Origin: a virus
Lineage: Duplodnaviria; Heunggongvirae; Uroviricota; Caudoviricetes
Reading direction: 5' to 3' (one strand)
DNA: 64,000 nt
IMG/VR virus record: IMGVR_UViG_3300035696_001272
The notes beneath the pieces are model-generated. The model was given only the letters and a program-made list of their open reading frames with translations. It had not been told where the DNA came from and did no database searches. Within the stretch, counting starts at the first letter, position 1, and each line of letters opens with the position of its first letter. The position numbers were made by a program, and so were the translations under genes. Shown one piece after another: positions 55,127 through 64,000 of this stretch.

Positions 55127-56307
55127 GATGGGTAACTCAATAGTATATCAACCAACTCTTCAACTAAAGAGTCGGGCATCAGGTTGCACGATAAGCCGAT
55201 AAATAATCCACTAAAATGGCACTCCTCGGCCCCCGGAAAATCAAGAGCGTTTAAATCAGAATACAGATCTTTGATGACCGGTTGTCTAATTATGTTACCA
55301 GTAATAATTGGCCTATTCTCAACGCCATGGGTAGTTAGGTAATCTAAATAATCCGATAACTTAATATCTTTTCTTAAAAACAAAGTTACACCAAACCAAG
55401 CTATGTCGGCGTTGTCACTTTCCTTAGCGAAAGAAAGAAAGGTACTTCTTGGATCGCTTTCTATTTTTCTTTTGATATTGTAATAGTTTATCTTTCTATT
55501 ATCATTCTTGACTTTCAACTTTTGAAGTTGGCCAATACCCATTGAAGCCTGTATTTCCATCGGCCTTACATTGTAACCTAAATTGACAAACGTAAACCTT
55601 GGGTCCAAATCTGGATATTGTGCTTGGATTTGTTCTTCGTCTTTTAGATTCCTAGACCATCCATGAGCACGAAGACACTTCATTAGTTCATAGTGTTCAT
55701 TGTCATTACAAATTATCATTCCACCTTCCATTGTTGTTATGTGGTGGGAGTAATAAAATGAATATGTTCCAATAGAGCCAAAAGTTCCCAAGTATTTGTC
55801 ATTGTATTTAGAGCCTAATGACTCACATGTATCTTCTATCAAAATTAAATTGTAGCGGGTAACGATGTCTATTAGTTTCTTCATATCGGTACAGTTTCCA
55901 AGGACATGAACAAGCATAATGGCTTTTGTCTTATTAGTTATCTTTTTTTCAAGATCATACAAGTCTATATTCAAAGTTTGTGGATTTACATCAACAAATA
56001 TTGGAGTAAGATTACATTGAATAATGGGGAAAATGCTGGTAGACCAACACAGTGCCGGAACCAAAACTTCATCTCCCGGAACTAATCTATTATTACATTT
56101 GTAATTTGTAAGGACAGATAAAGCAATCAGGTTGGCCGACGAACCAGAATTTACCATCATTGCATGTTTGATCCCAATATATTCAGCAAACATTTTTTCG
56201 AAACTACTAACCTGTTCACCCATGGTAAATTTTCCAGTAATTAAAGTTTCGATCATGTTGAGAATATCTTCAGAATCATGAACATTTTGTCCCAATGGAA
56301 ATTTCAT
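55123..56307 (-). CDS. DegT-family PLP aminotransferase/dehydratase (second copy)
   Basis: MVNSGSSANLIAL; TYSFYYSHHITTMEGGMI. Confidence 0.6.
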   Translation of the reverse strand: MKFPLGQNVHDSEDILNMIETLITGKFTMGEQVSSFEKMFAEYIGIKHAMMVNSGSSANLIALSVLTNYKCNNRLVPGDEVLVPALCWSTSIFPIIQCNLTPIFVDVNPQTLNIDLYDLEKKITNKTKAIMLVHVLGNCTDMKKLIDIVTRYNLILIEDTCESLGSKYNDKYLGTFGSIGTYSFYYSHHITTMEGGMIICNDNEHYELMKCLRAHGWSRNLKDEEQIQAQYPDLDPRFTFVNLGYNVRPMEIQASMGIGQLQKLKVKNDNRKINYYNIKRKIESDPRSTFLSFAKESDNADIAWFGVTLFLRKDIKLSDYLDYLTTHGVENRPIITGNIIRQPVIKDLYSDLNALDFPGAEECHFSGLFIGLSCNLMPDSLVEELVDILLSYPS

Positions 56308-57371
56308 TTTGTGCTCGCGATACTGGTAAGTATTTCTTGCCAGCTATTATAAATGGATGCCCTTCTCATCTCATTATGGGTGGCCATACTGTTACTGATT
56401 TCATGCGTATTTACTATTCGTAGTAAATGTTCTAGGTGAGCTGGCGAATCAAAGTATTGAATGTGTTTCATATTCCCCTCATCATAAAAATCACAAGTAT
56501 CTAGCCATTTATTCAAAACTGCCGGATTACGAAGACTATTAGGATTATTAATATCATCTGGCTCTTGCGCCCTATTTATTCTGTAAAAAGTCAAATCAGA
56601 CAAAGCTCTATTTTGATGAAACAATTCTTTCATGTATGTTTTAGATGGGAAAAACATAGGAACATTTGCAGTATAGTGTTCGAATATTGACATGGATCCA
56701 TTATGATAGGGCACATGAATTGTCCCCTTATAACTATAAAGATCCTGCCAACTATATCTCCAGGAGGAATTTCTAACTGCCCCAAGACTGATGCATATAT
56801 TACCAGGAACCGTTATTTCTGATCGATCATGGATAACATATTGGTTTTTAGTTCCAGTATATTTTGCATTTGTATATTCACATAAACTTGGAATATGCAT
56901 GCCTTGAATTCCAGTCATATATTGTGTGTACCACTGATCGCCCTTATTATTACAAACGTAATATAATTTTCCTTCTGTATGTCGGCGCTTTAAAAATTCG
57001 TTCAATCTATCTCTGAGGGTTGGATTAAAAGTATTGGGATGATCGTATCTAATACAGTTTACTATTATAATCGGCTTATTGAATTTTTCATAAAGAAGCG
57101 CAAATTCTACCGGATAACAGGCAATAAAGGCATCATATTTTTGTAATTCATCTTTATTTTGCTGATAAAATTTATCGCAAACTTCTTCGGTACAGACTCC
57201 TGAACAAGTTAATTGTGTACCATCACTAAGCATAATTTTGGGTTTTGGTTTATTCATCACCCAATGATGGCCAGATAAAGACCAATCAACTACTTCATGT
57301 CCCAGATTTTTAAAGATATATGCTATGTCAGCGATTACTGAAACGTGCTGGTCTATATTGAAAAATTTCAT
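56304..57371 (-). CDS. hypothetical protein in the glycan cluster
   Basis: 355 aa; no motif. Confidence 0.35.
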   Translation of the reverse strand: MKFFNIDQHVSVIADIAYIFKNLGHEVVDWSLSGHHWVMNKPKPKIMLSDGTQLTCSGVCTEEVCDKFYQQNKDELQKYDAFIACYPVEFALLYEKFNKPIIIVNCIRYDHPNTFNPTLRDRLNEFLKRRHTEGKLYYVCNNKGDQWYTQYMTGIQGMHIPSLCEYTNAKYTGTKNQYVIHDRSEITVPGNICISLGAVRNSSWRYSWQDLYSYKGTIHVPYHNGSMSIFEHYTANVPMFFPSKTYMKELFHQNRALSDLTFYRINRAQEPDDINNPNSLRNPAVLNKWLDTCDFYDEGNMKHIQYFDSPAHLEHLLRIVNTHEISNSMATHNEMRRASIYNSWQEILTSIASTK

Positions 57372-57979
57372 TTGCCTTTACCTTTCGCTTTCTTTTGTAC
57401 CTTTTTAGATAAGCGAATACAAACTTGGGACTTATGTTCGAGATAATACATTTCAACATCATGATCCATCATGTATGGAGTCATGATATTATATAGCGTG
57501 TATGGAGAAAACCAGTACTTATGATCTGGGTGAACGGACTCTACACAATATTCATCATGCATAAATAATTGTCCGGTTCCCATATTAGGAACGGTTATTA
57601 TTATCTCTTTGTGCTCGATAGCAAATAAACTGTCTAAAAACTCTTTAGCATTCCAAACGTGTTCTAATACTTCAGGAACAATAATCACATCATATTTAGA
57701 ATCGCATTCTTTAAAATTTGTGAAATAAGTTCCTGGGCACGCTTCATTTAACTTGTCTAAATACATTTTGTTTGTATCTACACCATGCAATCTCTTAACT
57801 TTTTTAGCTAGATAGATATGAAGGTTGCTATCAGGATCGAAAACCATTGCATCAGCACAACCCACATGTAGAGTTTTCTTTTTAGCACAAATCTTTTCGA
57901 AGAATTTAAACCTATGTGTACCAATATTTTTAATAGTGATATACTGGACAAAAAAATCGTTTGTCCTATTGTAAGTCAT
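57368..57979 (-). CDS. class I SAM-dependent methyltransferase
   Basis: LHVGCADA (motif I); VLEHV. Confidence 0.5.
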   Translation of the reverse strand: MTYNRTNDFFVQYITIKNIGTHRFKFFEKICAKKKTLHVGCADAMVFDPDSNLHIYLAKKVKRLHGVDTNKMYLDKLNEACPGTYFTNFKECDSKYDVIIVPEVLEHVWNAKEFLDSLFAIEHKEIIITVPNMGTGQLFMHDEYCVESVHPDHKYWFSPYTLYNIMTPYMMDHDVEMYYLEHKSQVCIRLSKKVQKKAKGKGK

Positions 57980-58689
57980 ATTCTAATCCATTCTTTGGGT
58001 AACAAGTCTTTTGTATCATGTGGTAAAGCTGGACCAAACCAACCCTGTGGAGCAATAACGATTTTGGAAGGGCTTTTGTTCAGATAAGCTCCCCACCACG
58101 AAAAGCTACTATTAGCAATGATAGTGTGCTCACAATTTGCCATCATCGCTAAATCTCGTGCAGGAGATCCGCCTTCATAAAATATGATGTTGTCACCATG
58201 GAAATTCGCCCTGCACCAGGCCATGTCATCTGAAAATATAACATAGTGTTTTGATGATATCATTTGCATGGCTGTAGCATAATAATTCATATCTAACTGA
58301 ACATATTCTCGTCTGAGATTGAGATAATCTCCTCTGCGAACATGTACTGCCGTATGATTATAATGGATACCAAACCCCATTTTAGGTGTGAAAAGGCTTT
58401 GTATAACATCTTTAGAATCAGCGAAATACTTTTCTGATTGAAAATATCCTTCGAGATTCAAATTTGGTCGATAAGGAATTTTGGTGTATGTAAATCCTGG
58501 CTCTCTGAATGTATCAAAATTTGGAATGTTATTGGCAAAACATTCAATCAAATTAAAATTGGGCGCATCTGGCCATGGTGGAAATACATAGTCATCATTA
58601 TTTTCTACAGCCAATGCCACGGTGGCAGCCATTTGAAATAACTGATTACCCAATCTTCCTAAGTTTCCCAAGTTTTTAAAAGAAATCAT
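57976..58689 (-). CDS. alpha-1,2-fucosyltransferase (GT11 family)
   Basis: GRLGNQLFQMA (GT11 motif I); AVHVRRGDY (HxRRGD). Confidence 0.65.
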   Translation of the reverse strand: MISFKNLGNLGRLGNQLFQMAATVALAVENNDDYVFPPWPDAPNFNLIECFANNIPNFDTFREPGFTYTKIPYRPNLNLEGYFQSEKYFADSKDVIQSLFTPKMGFGIHYNHTAVHVRRGDYLNLRREYVQLDMNYYATAMQMISSKHYVIFSDDMAWCRANFHGDNIIFYEGGSPARDLAMMANCEHTIIANSSFSWWGAYLNKSPSKIVIAPQGWFGPALPHDTKDLLPKEWIRI

Positions 58690-61094
58690 TGGCGTATATT
58701 ATGATGGTCCTTGTCCAGTAGCATAATTCTTGGATGGAAAACATTGCCACCCCACATCTTTTTGTATCTTTCGATATTAGACTGTGGATAATGATAACTT
58801 GGTGTTAGGCTCAATGGCGGATGATCTAAGAAATATCTGTTAATAGCAGTTTCATCATGCCAAACTGGAATGATACCATTAGATACATCTTTATCAATCA
58901 TATCGCTACACCAGCTGGACAGTGCCAAATAATTGGCCTTTTTACCTCCACTAAATCCACCACCATAGTATTGCTTATACTTACTGCGATCTTGAACATA
59001 AAATACTGAGTTTGGATTTTCTTCGTAAGGTCCAACCCTTTGGACAAATCCACAGTGTTGTACGCCAACTAAATCGCCTAAGATTTCGCTATTTACGCGA
59101 TCAACAAATAAGCAATCTATATCTACATAGAATAGATAATCTTGTCTATTCAGCTTGTCAGCATTTTTGGTAAAGTGTTTGAATCTATCCATACTAGCAT
59201 ATGGGAAGGGTCTGTGCTCGATGTTTATCTGAACTATATTGCGCTTACTACTAATTGTATGATTGGCGTCACTAAATAGAAAATAAGTGACATCATAGTT
59301 ATCATCCATAAAGTAATTGTCTGCCGATGAAATAAGTCCTTGAATAAATCTATGATATTTACCGGTTGCTATAAGTAGCAATCCTATGGCAGTTTTTGGT
59401 ACTGGTGGCCTTTGAGTTCTTGCATATCTCGGTTTGCTTCTAATGAAACCGTCCAAACTTGCTTGCAATTGACGACTGACTTTGTGATCATTAATTGGAT
59501 TATCAAGATTGTACACATATAGTATGTCAGATAAAAATTGAGAATGTGAGCCGGACATTTCCAACATTGGGAACATCATGGCAAAATCCCAAGTCATCTG
59601 GAAAAAGACACCGTCCTTCATCAAATCTTCTTTTTTGATTCTCTTAAATAACCAGGTATAAAAGGTTCTCAAGTGAGAAGCGCCCCATCTAAATGATCTG
59701 AATGAATTTGAATCTACCACTTCCTGTGGATAAGGAGAGGATACGCCGCCCTGACCATCTGTACTGTTTTTATATTGACCATAAGTCAACCAGATATCTC
59801 GACTGGTGTAAACTTCTCTTAGGCGACCAAGTACATTATCATGTGGAAACCAATCATCACCATCTAATGTAAGGATGATCTCATCATCATCACAGCTCAT
59901 GATCATGTTGTATAGGTTGGCGAGAGCGCCCATACGAGTAGTATTTTTTATCAAAGTAACTCTGTAAGCATTGGGTGAAGCATTAACTGCTTCACTTACC
60001 TTAGCAAAGGTATCATCACTAGAACAATCATCGGTGAAGATTATTCTGAACTTGTCGTAATTTTGAGTTAGGGCAGAATTAATATTTTGAACACACCATC
60101 TGCTATTATTGTAGCTTGGAATAACGATGACAAATCTTTTGTTAGGATCTTCAAAGCTAGGCACCCCGTTTGGCGCTGTGCTTAATTGTGGGGGTGGCGG
60201 TGGGGTTGGAGCTGGTGTATTATTGCCAGTATCCCAAACCAATTTATCTCCAGATACTTTCCAGGTCCCTGTTGTTGCCTGAGTTGTCGGCTGTGGCTGC
60301 TCTTGTGTTTGAACATGATGTGAGGTTGGTGGTTTTGGACTGGCCGTTAAAACAAGTGGCGGTATATTCGGTTGCGTAACTTCAGCAAAACCCATATTTG
60401 AATTAACTGGCTGTAAAGTTATTGCTTGTTGTGGCGGCAACACATCCTGAACTGTATTGGCAACAGTATTTTTAACGGCAAACCAAATTCGTCGTTTATT
60501 TAGAGAAGTACTATTATCATTCTGGGACTGCCAGTCGTATACATAATCACCCGCATTAAATTTGGCATTGTCCATACGTTTAAAAGTCATTCCACAAGCT
60601 GTCAAAACTCTTTCGATGGCTGCTGCGGTTGGTCGACATCCCATACCACTATAGGCCAAATCATAAACGTCCTTTCCCTCTGGAACTTGAACGCACATGT
60701 TTGGATCACTAGAATCACAAACGGCAGTCTCTAGTACTAAATAAGTAGTAGAAGCACAAACTGCCTTCAAATGATCTTCGAAGGAAGCTAAATGGCAGAT
60801 TAGAGCCAAATCTAAAATCAAATCAAATTTCTGACCAAAAAAAGGCCACGGACCATCCAGGTTGGCCTTGACCACCTTGACACCAGCAAATTTCTTGCTT
60901 ACTATCTTTAAGTGCTCTTGGCGGGCATCGATGGCGGTTATTTCTGAGCCTAAACGATATAAAGAGCCACTTAGATCAGCGTGCCCACATCCCAAATCAG
61001 CTATTTTCTTGCCATAAAATTCTTTGTAGCCATAGTATTCTATGATGGCCTTGATACGCTTTTGATTCCATTCAAAGTACTTACCGTCAAACAT
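58686..61094 (-). CDS. tri-domain protein: SAM methyltransferase - Pro/Thr/Gln-rich linker - GT2 glycosyltransferase - GT6 (ABO/alpha-1,3-Gal(NAc)-transferase-like) domain
   Basis: IADLGCGHADLSG (MTase motif I); FVIVIPSYNN...FTDDCSSDDT (GT2); C-terminal YYGGGFSGG...NGIIPVWHDETAINRYFL parallels the human ABO/a3GalT segment YLGGFFGGSV...NGIEAVWHDESHLNKYLL. Confidence 0.6.
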   Translation of the reverse strand: MFDGKYFEWNQKRIKAIIEYYGYKEFYGKKIADLGCGHADLSGSLYRLGSEITAIDARQEHLKIVSKKFAGVKVVKANLDGPWPFFGQKFDLILDLALICHLASFEDHLKAVCASTTYLVLETAVCDSSDPNMCVQVPEGKDVYDLAYSGMGCRPTAAAIERVLTACGMTFKRMDNAKFNAGDYVYDWQSQNDNSTSLNKRRIWFAVKNTVANTVQDVLPPQQAITLQPVNSNMGFAEVTQPNIPPLVLTASPKPPTSHHVQTQEQPQPTTQATTGTWKVSGDKLVWDTGNNTPAPTPPPPPQLSTAPNGVPSFEDPNKRFVIVIPSYNNSRWCVQNINSALTQNYDKFRIIFTDDCSSDDTFAKVSEAVNASPNAYRVTLIKNTTRMGALANLYNMIMSCDDDEIILTLDGDDWFPHDNVLGRLREVYTSRDIWLTYGQYKNSTDGQGGVSSPYPQEVVDSNSFRSFRWGASHLRTFYTWLFKRIKKEDLMKDGVFFQMTWDFAMMFPMLEMSGSHSQFLSDILYVYNLDNPINDHKVSRQLQASLDGFIRSKPRYARTQRPPVPKTAIGLLLIATGKYHRFIQGLISSADNYFMDDNYDVTYFLFSDANHTISSKRNIVQINIEHRPFPYASMDRFKHFTKNADKLNRQDYLFYVDIDCLFVDRVNSEILGDLVGVQHCGFVQRVGPYEENPNSVFYVQDRSKYKQYYGGGFSGGKKANYLALSSWCSDMIDKDVSNGIIPVWHDETAINRYFLDHPPLSLTPSYHYPQSNIERYKKMWGGNVFHPRIMLLDKDHHNIRQ

Positions 61095-61122
61095 ATTTAA
61101 CCTTATTAGTATTAGGTTTTAT

Positions 61123-61869
61123 TCACATCGCAGGACCATGATATGGAATAAAAACTGGTTTGGTATGACCCATATAAGCATAACAATTTTGATGAAATTT
61201 AGCTAGATTATCTTTGTGGCACTTGGTTTTGAACTCTCGATATTCACCAACATCTAAAGCTCCCTCTCCAAAATGGACGCCCTTATTTTTAAGATAACCC
61301 ATTTCCCAACCCTTCATACGAGCACGGAAGTAGAAGTCGGCGTCTTCTTCGCCATAAAGCCCGTAATCAGTAGTAAAGAAACCAATTGCCTCATGAAGCT
61401 CTTTATGGAATACTGAACAAGCAGTTCCTAAATTACCAATTGGTTTTAGCTGAAATGTTTTACCATTTCTAGTTACCATAGGAAAACTTGTGGTTTCAAA
61501 ATTAATACCAACTGCTATTTTATGATTATCACTGATAATATCAGTACATTCTGTTAACCAATTGTCTGATAATTCAATGTCATTATCAATTGTACATAAG
61601 AATTCAGAATCTGGTGTGAGTTTGTCGGCTAAGAGCAAGCCCTGATTTCTACCAGCAGCAATACCTTCATTAGCTGCATTGAGATGAAGGTGGCAAGTTA
61701 TCGGAGATTTTTCTTTAAATGCTGTCAACCAATCTTGAGTTCCATCAGTGGATCCGTTATCCACAACTATCAATGTATAGGGACTTTTGGTATTAGCGAG
61801 CAAGCTATCTAACATTCGTTTGGTCAATTCGAGTCGGTTGTAAGTTACCATCATTATTGAAGTCGTCAT
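61123..61869 (-). CDS. GT2-family glycosyltransferase
   Basis: IMMVTYNRLELT...LIVVDNGSTDGT; internal DNDIE. Confidence 0.65.
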   Translation of the reverse strand: MTTSIMMVTYNRLELTKRMLDSLLANTKSPYTLIVVDNGSTDGTQDWLTAFKEKSPITCHLHLNAANEGIAAGRNQGLLLADKLTPDSEFLCTIDNDIELSDNWLTECTDIISDNHKIAVGINFETTSFPMVTRNGKTFQLKPIGNLGTACSVFHKELHEAIGFFTTDYGLYGEEDADFYFRARMKGWEMGYLKNKGVHFGEGALDVGEYREFKTKCHKDNLAKFHQNCYAYMGHTKPVFIPYHGPAM

Positions 61870-61934
61870 GATAATCTCTCATATATCTTGATGATGAGGG
61901 TACATATTTTTTGGTATATAGAAAAGGAAATTAA

Positions 61935-62375
61935 ATGCCGTACAGCGATAAAGTTCTAGAACATGCAGAGAATCCCAAAAATGTTGGCACTCTGGATAAA
62001 TCTGATCCCAATGTGGGAACTGGTTTGGTTGGCGCTCCTGCTTGTGGTGATGTTATGCGCCTGCAAATCAAAGTTGATCCTGAGACGAATGTTATTTTAG
62101 ATGCCAAGTTCAAGACTTTCGGTTGTGGTTCGGCAATTGCCGCTTCATCTTTGGCAACAGAATGGATCAAAGGCAAGACGGTTGATGAAGCAGAGGCTTT
62201 GAAGAATTCTGATTTGGTAGAAGAGTTAAATTTGCCACCTGTTAAGATTCATTGCAGCGTTTTAGCTGAAGATGCTATCAAATCAGCTATTGCAGATTTT
62301 CGTGCCAAACAAAAGAAACAGGAGGAAGACCATGGCGCTAATATTGTCAGGCAAGTCAGTTTGCCCATTGTGTGA
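61935..62375 (+). CDS. iscU: Fe-S cluster assembly scaffold IscU
   Basis: HAENPKNVG, GAPACGDVM, FKTFGCGSAIASSS, conserved His in KIHCSVLAEDAI. Confidence 0.8.
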   Translation: MPYSDKVLEHAENPKNVGTLDKSDPNVGTGLVGAPACGDVMRLQIKVDPETNVILDAKFKTFGCGSAIAASSLATEWIKGKTVDEAEALKNSDLVEELNLPPVKIHCSVLAEDAIKSAIADFRAKQKKQEEDHGANIVRQVSLPIV

Positions 62376-62817
62376 AAAAGTAATGGAGTCTGATGATAAG
62401 ATAACTGGTTTCCCGGCCATTATTCCTCGCGATCATCCATTGGGTAAATATTCTGATGCTGCCTTTCATGCCGCATGTTGGGATAAATGCCCAGACAAAG
62501 AGTGGATGGAAGAGATTCACTATTTATGGAACTTAATTTACAATTCTCGCCCCAAAAATCTCAAAACTATTGAAGAAATTGATGCTTGGACGAAAGAAGC
62601 ATTTCAGGACTGGCCACCAAAGGGGCGCGTGGTTATATTCGAGCAGCTCTATCCAGGTGAAAACGATGACGAGCCCAATTTCTTTTATTCCGATAAAGAA
62701 GCGTGGGATGAGTTTGAAAAAGCCGAAAAAGAGGCCGAAGACCGTATGCAGGAACTTAGGCGTTATCATGACGAGCTAGAGCGCCGGAAATTACGGTTTG
62801 TTAGAGACGACGACTAA
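62332..62817 (+). CDS. hypothetical protein (CPLCEK knuckle)
   Basis: ATG 62332 in frame within the 62272 ORF; overlaps the iscU end. Confidence 0.4.
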   Translation: MALILSGKSVCPLCEKVMESDDKITGFPAIIPRDHPLGKYSDAAFHAACWDKCPDKEWMEEIHYLWNLIYNSRPKNLKTIEEIDAWTKEAFQDWPPKGRVVIFEQLYPGENDDEPNFFYSDKEAWDEFEKAEKEAEDRMQELRRYHDELERRKLRFVRDDD

Positions 62818-62832
62818 TTTGGTATTATGTAG

Positions 62833-63420
62833 ATGTTTTCGTTAAAGAGCCGTCTTAAAATCCTAACTAAAATTGCGCAACAAACAGGGGCAGCCGCCGT
62901 TAGTCAGCCATCTACCAGCACCACGTCTACTACAACTGCTACTGTGCCGACCCCACCTGCCTTTAATGCTGCATCTGGACCATGGGCTTGGATTGTTAGG
63001 GCTTACAACCCTCCTACTGTTCAATATTTATCTTTCCTATTGCGTATGATTCATGTCGCTCTACATTATGCTAGCAATGGTCAGCATAATTTAGTTAAGG
63101 ATCAAAATGATATTGGTAGCGTGGACCCAAGTGGCATGGCATCAGTTGATGCTAAAAATTTGGTTTTGTTAGCTCAATTATTTTATAGAACTTTTCTTAA
63201 TAATGGTAATGCTCTTCCCCAAGCCCCAAGTCCTGCTCACATAGGAAATTGGGCTAGTACAATTGCCAATTCACAACCACTCCTCAATTTATCTCAATTA
63301 AATCCAACGGGACCAACTGCCCAACAACTTGGACTAGATGGTAGTTTCAGACAAAATATGGTTAATTATCTAACTTACATAAGACAGTATAATCCAGCCC
63401 AACAACAGCAACAACGATAA
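62833..63420 (+). CDS. hypothetical protein (Ser/Thr-rich N-terminus, Gln-rich C-terminus)
   Basis: 195 aa. Confidence 0.4.
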   Translation: MFSLKSRLKILTKIAQQTGAAAVSQPSTSTTSTTTATVPTPPAFNAASGPWAWIVRAYNPPTVQYLSFLLRMIHVALHYASNGQHNLVKDQNDIGSVDPSGMASVDAKNLVLLAQLFYRTFLNNGNALPQAPSPAHIGNWASTIANSQPLLNLSQLNPTGPTAQQLGLDGSFRQNMVNYLTYIRQYNPAQQQQQR

Positions 63421-63435
63421 GTTATATTTCTAATT

Positions 63436-64000
63436 ATGTCAAACAAGTTGAAAGATAGAATCGAAGGCTATCAAGCGGCCACCGATTACAAACTACTCAA
63501 CCGCGTTCCAATTATAATTTGTATCAATGGACGCGGATTCAGTAAGCTCACGCAGCTTTTGGACAAACCCTATTGTCCTAAGTTCTCTGAATGCATTCTT
63601 TCGACTATGTTACGCCTATCCACCGATGTTGAGGGGGCACTGTTTAGCTATCAACACAATGATGAAATAGTAATCGTGGCGCGTAATGATCAAACGGGTG
63701 AAACCAATCCCTGGTATGATAATAAGTTGCAAAAAATTTGTTCAGTTACTTCGGCAATAGCTACCATGCATTTTAACGAGTGTGCTACAACTATCAATCT
63801 CAATATGGTCGGTGATCCAATCTTTGTTTCACAAGTATTTGTGGTACCAAGTATTGGAGAAGCTGTTAATACCATTATTTACAAGCAACAACATAATTTT
63901 GAAGTCTCTATTAGAAATGCTTGTCTATATGAATTGATTAAAAAATATGATAAGAATACTATTAAGGAAATGTTGGCAGGCTTGAGTGTCGATGAGAAAG
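63436..64000 (+). CDS. Thg1-like protein (tRNA-His guanylyltransferase family, 3'-5' polymerase); 3' end beyond the window
   Basis: Open to the window end; IIICINGRGFSKL, SYQHNDEIVIVA, NKLQKICSVTSAIATMHF parallel human THG1L VVVRLDGRNFHRF, AYGQSDEYSFVF, RRASKFMTHVASQFAS. Confidence 0.55.
   Translation, partial: MSNKLKDRIEGYQAATDYKLLNRVPIIICINGRGFSKLTQLLDKPYCPKFSECILSTMLRLSTDVEGALFSYQHNDEIVIVARNDQTGETNPWYDNKLQKICSVTSAIATMHFNECATTINLNMVGDPIFVSQVFVVPSIGEAVNTIIYKQQHNFEVSIRNACLYELIKKYDKNTIKEMLAGLSVDEK

Overview
The window is an AT-rich, very gene-dense region that reads as part of a large tailed bacteriophage genome (jumbo-phage style), not cellular DNA.

The evidence for a phage of a bacterial host is as follows:
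- ATGA/TAATG start-stop overlaps are common.
- Shine-Dalgarno motifs (GGAGG, AGGAG, AAGGA) sit in front of most starts.
- There are sigma70-like TTGACA-N16-TATATT promoters and classic rho-independent terminators.
- All 11 tRNA genes carry an encoded 3' CCA, and tRNA-His has a genomically encoded G-1.
- Free-standing LAGLIDADG and HNH homing endonucleases sit among the tRNAs.
- Lipobox-type signal peptides are present.

The layout is:
- a long plus-strand block (1 to about 44.8 kb);
- a mostly minus-strand island (44.8-61.9 kb), with two plus-strand glycosyltransferase genes (51387-53459) embedded in it;
- a return to the plus strand (61.9-64.0 kb).

The recognisable content is almost all accessory:
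1. ADP-ribosylation toolkit: two PARP-family ADP-ribosyltransferases (one truncated by the window edge), a TARG1/OARD1-like macro domain, a second macro-like protein, a NADAR domain and a YpsA/SLOG protein.
2. Complete glyoxylate shunt: isocitrate lyase (aceA) plus malate synthase A (aceB).
3. tRNA island: 11 tRNAs covering only Leu (x4), Arg (x3), Glu (x3) and His.
4. Translation and cofactor genes: tyrosyl-tRNA synthetase, thioredoxin, and Fe-S assembly proteins (IscU plus two A-type carriers).
5. Nucleotide-binding pairs: a MoxR-type AAA+ ATPase with a VWA/HExxH partner, and a second orphan MoxR paralog.
6. RNA-end repair arsenal: three ATP-dependent RNA ligase-family proteins, two T4 Pnk-like kinase/phosphatases, a PF10127-like nucleotidyltransferase, a DEDDh exonuclease, two metallophosphatases and a Thg1-like 3'-5' polymerase (truncated at the window end).
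7. Assorted proteins: Hsp20, an SPFH/band-7 protein and a metzincin protease.
8. Glycan island (about 17 kb, mostly minus strand): GDP-mannose dehydratase (Gmd) and GDP-fucose synthase (Fcl), two DegT aminotransferases, three methyltransferases, an acetyltransferase, GT2, GT10 (alpha-1,3-FucT), GT11 (alpha-1,2-FucT), GT61-like, and a tri-domain MTase-GT2-GT6 fusion. Together these carry the logic for a histo-blood-group-like fucosylated epitope.

All calls are from motif reading by eye. No database search was run.
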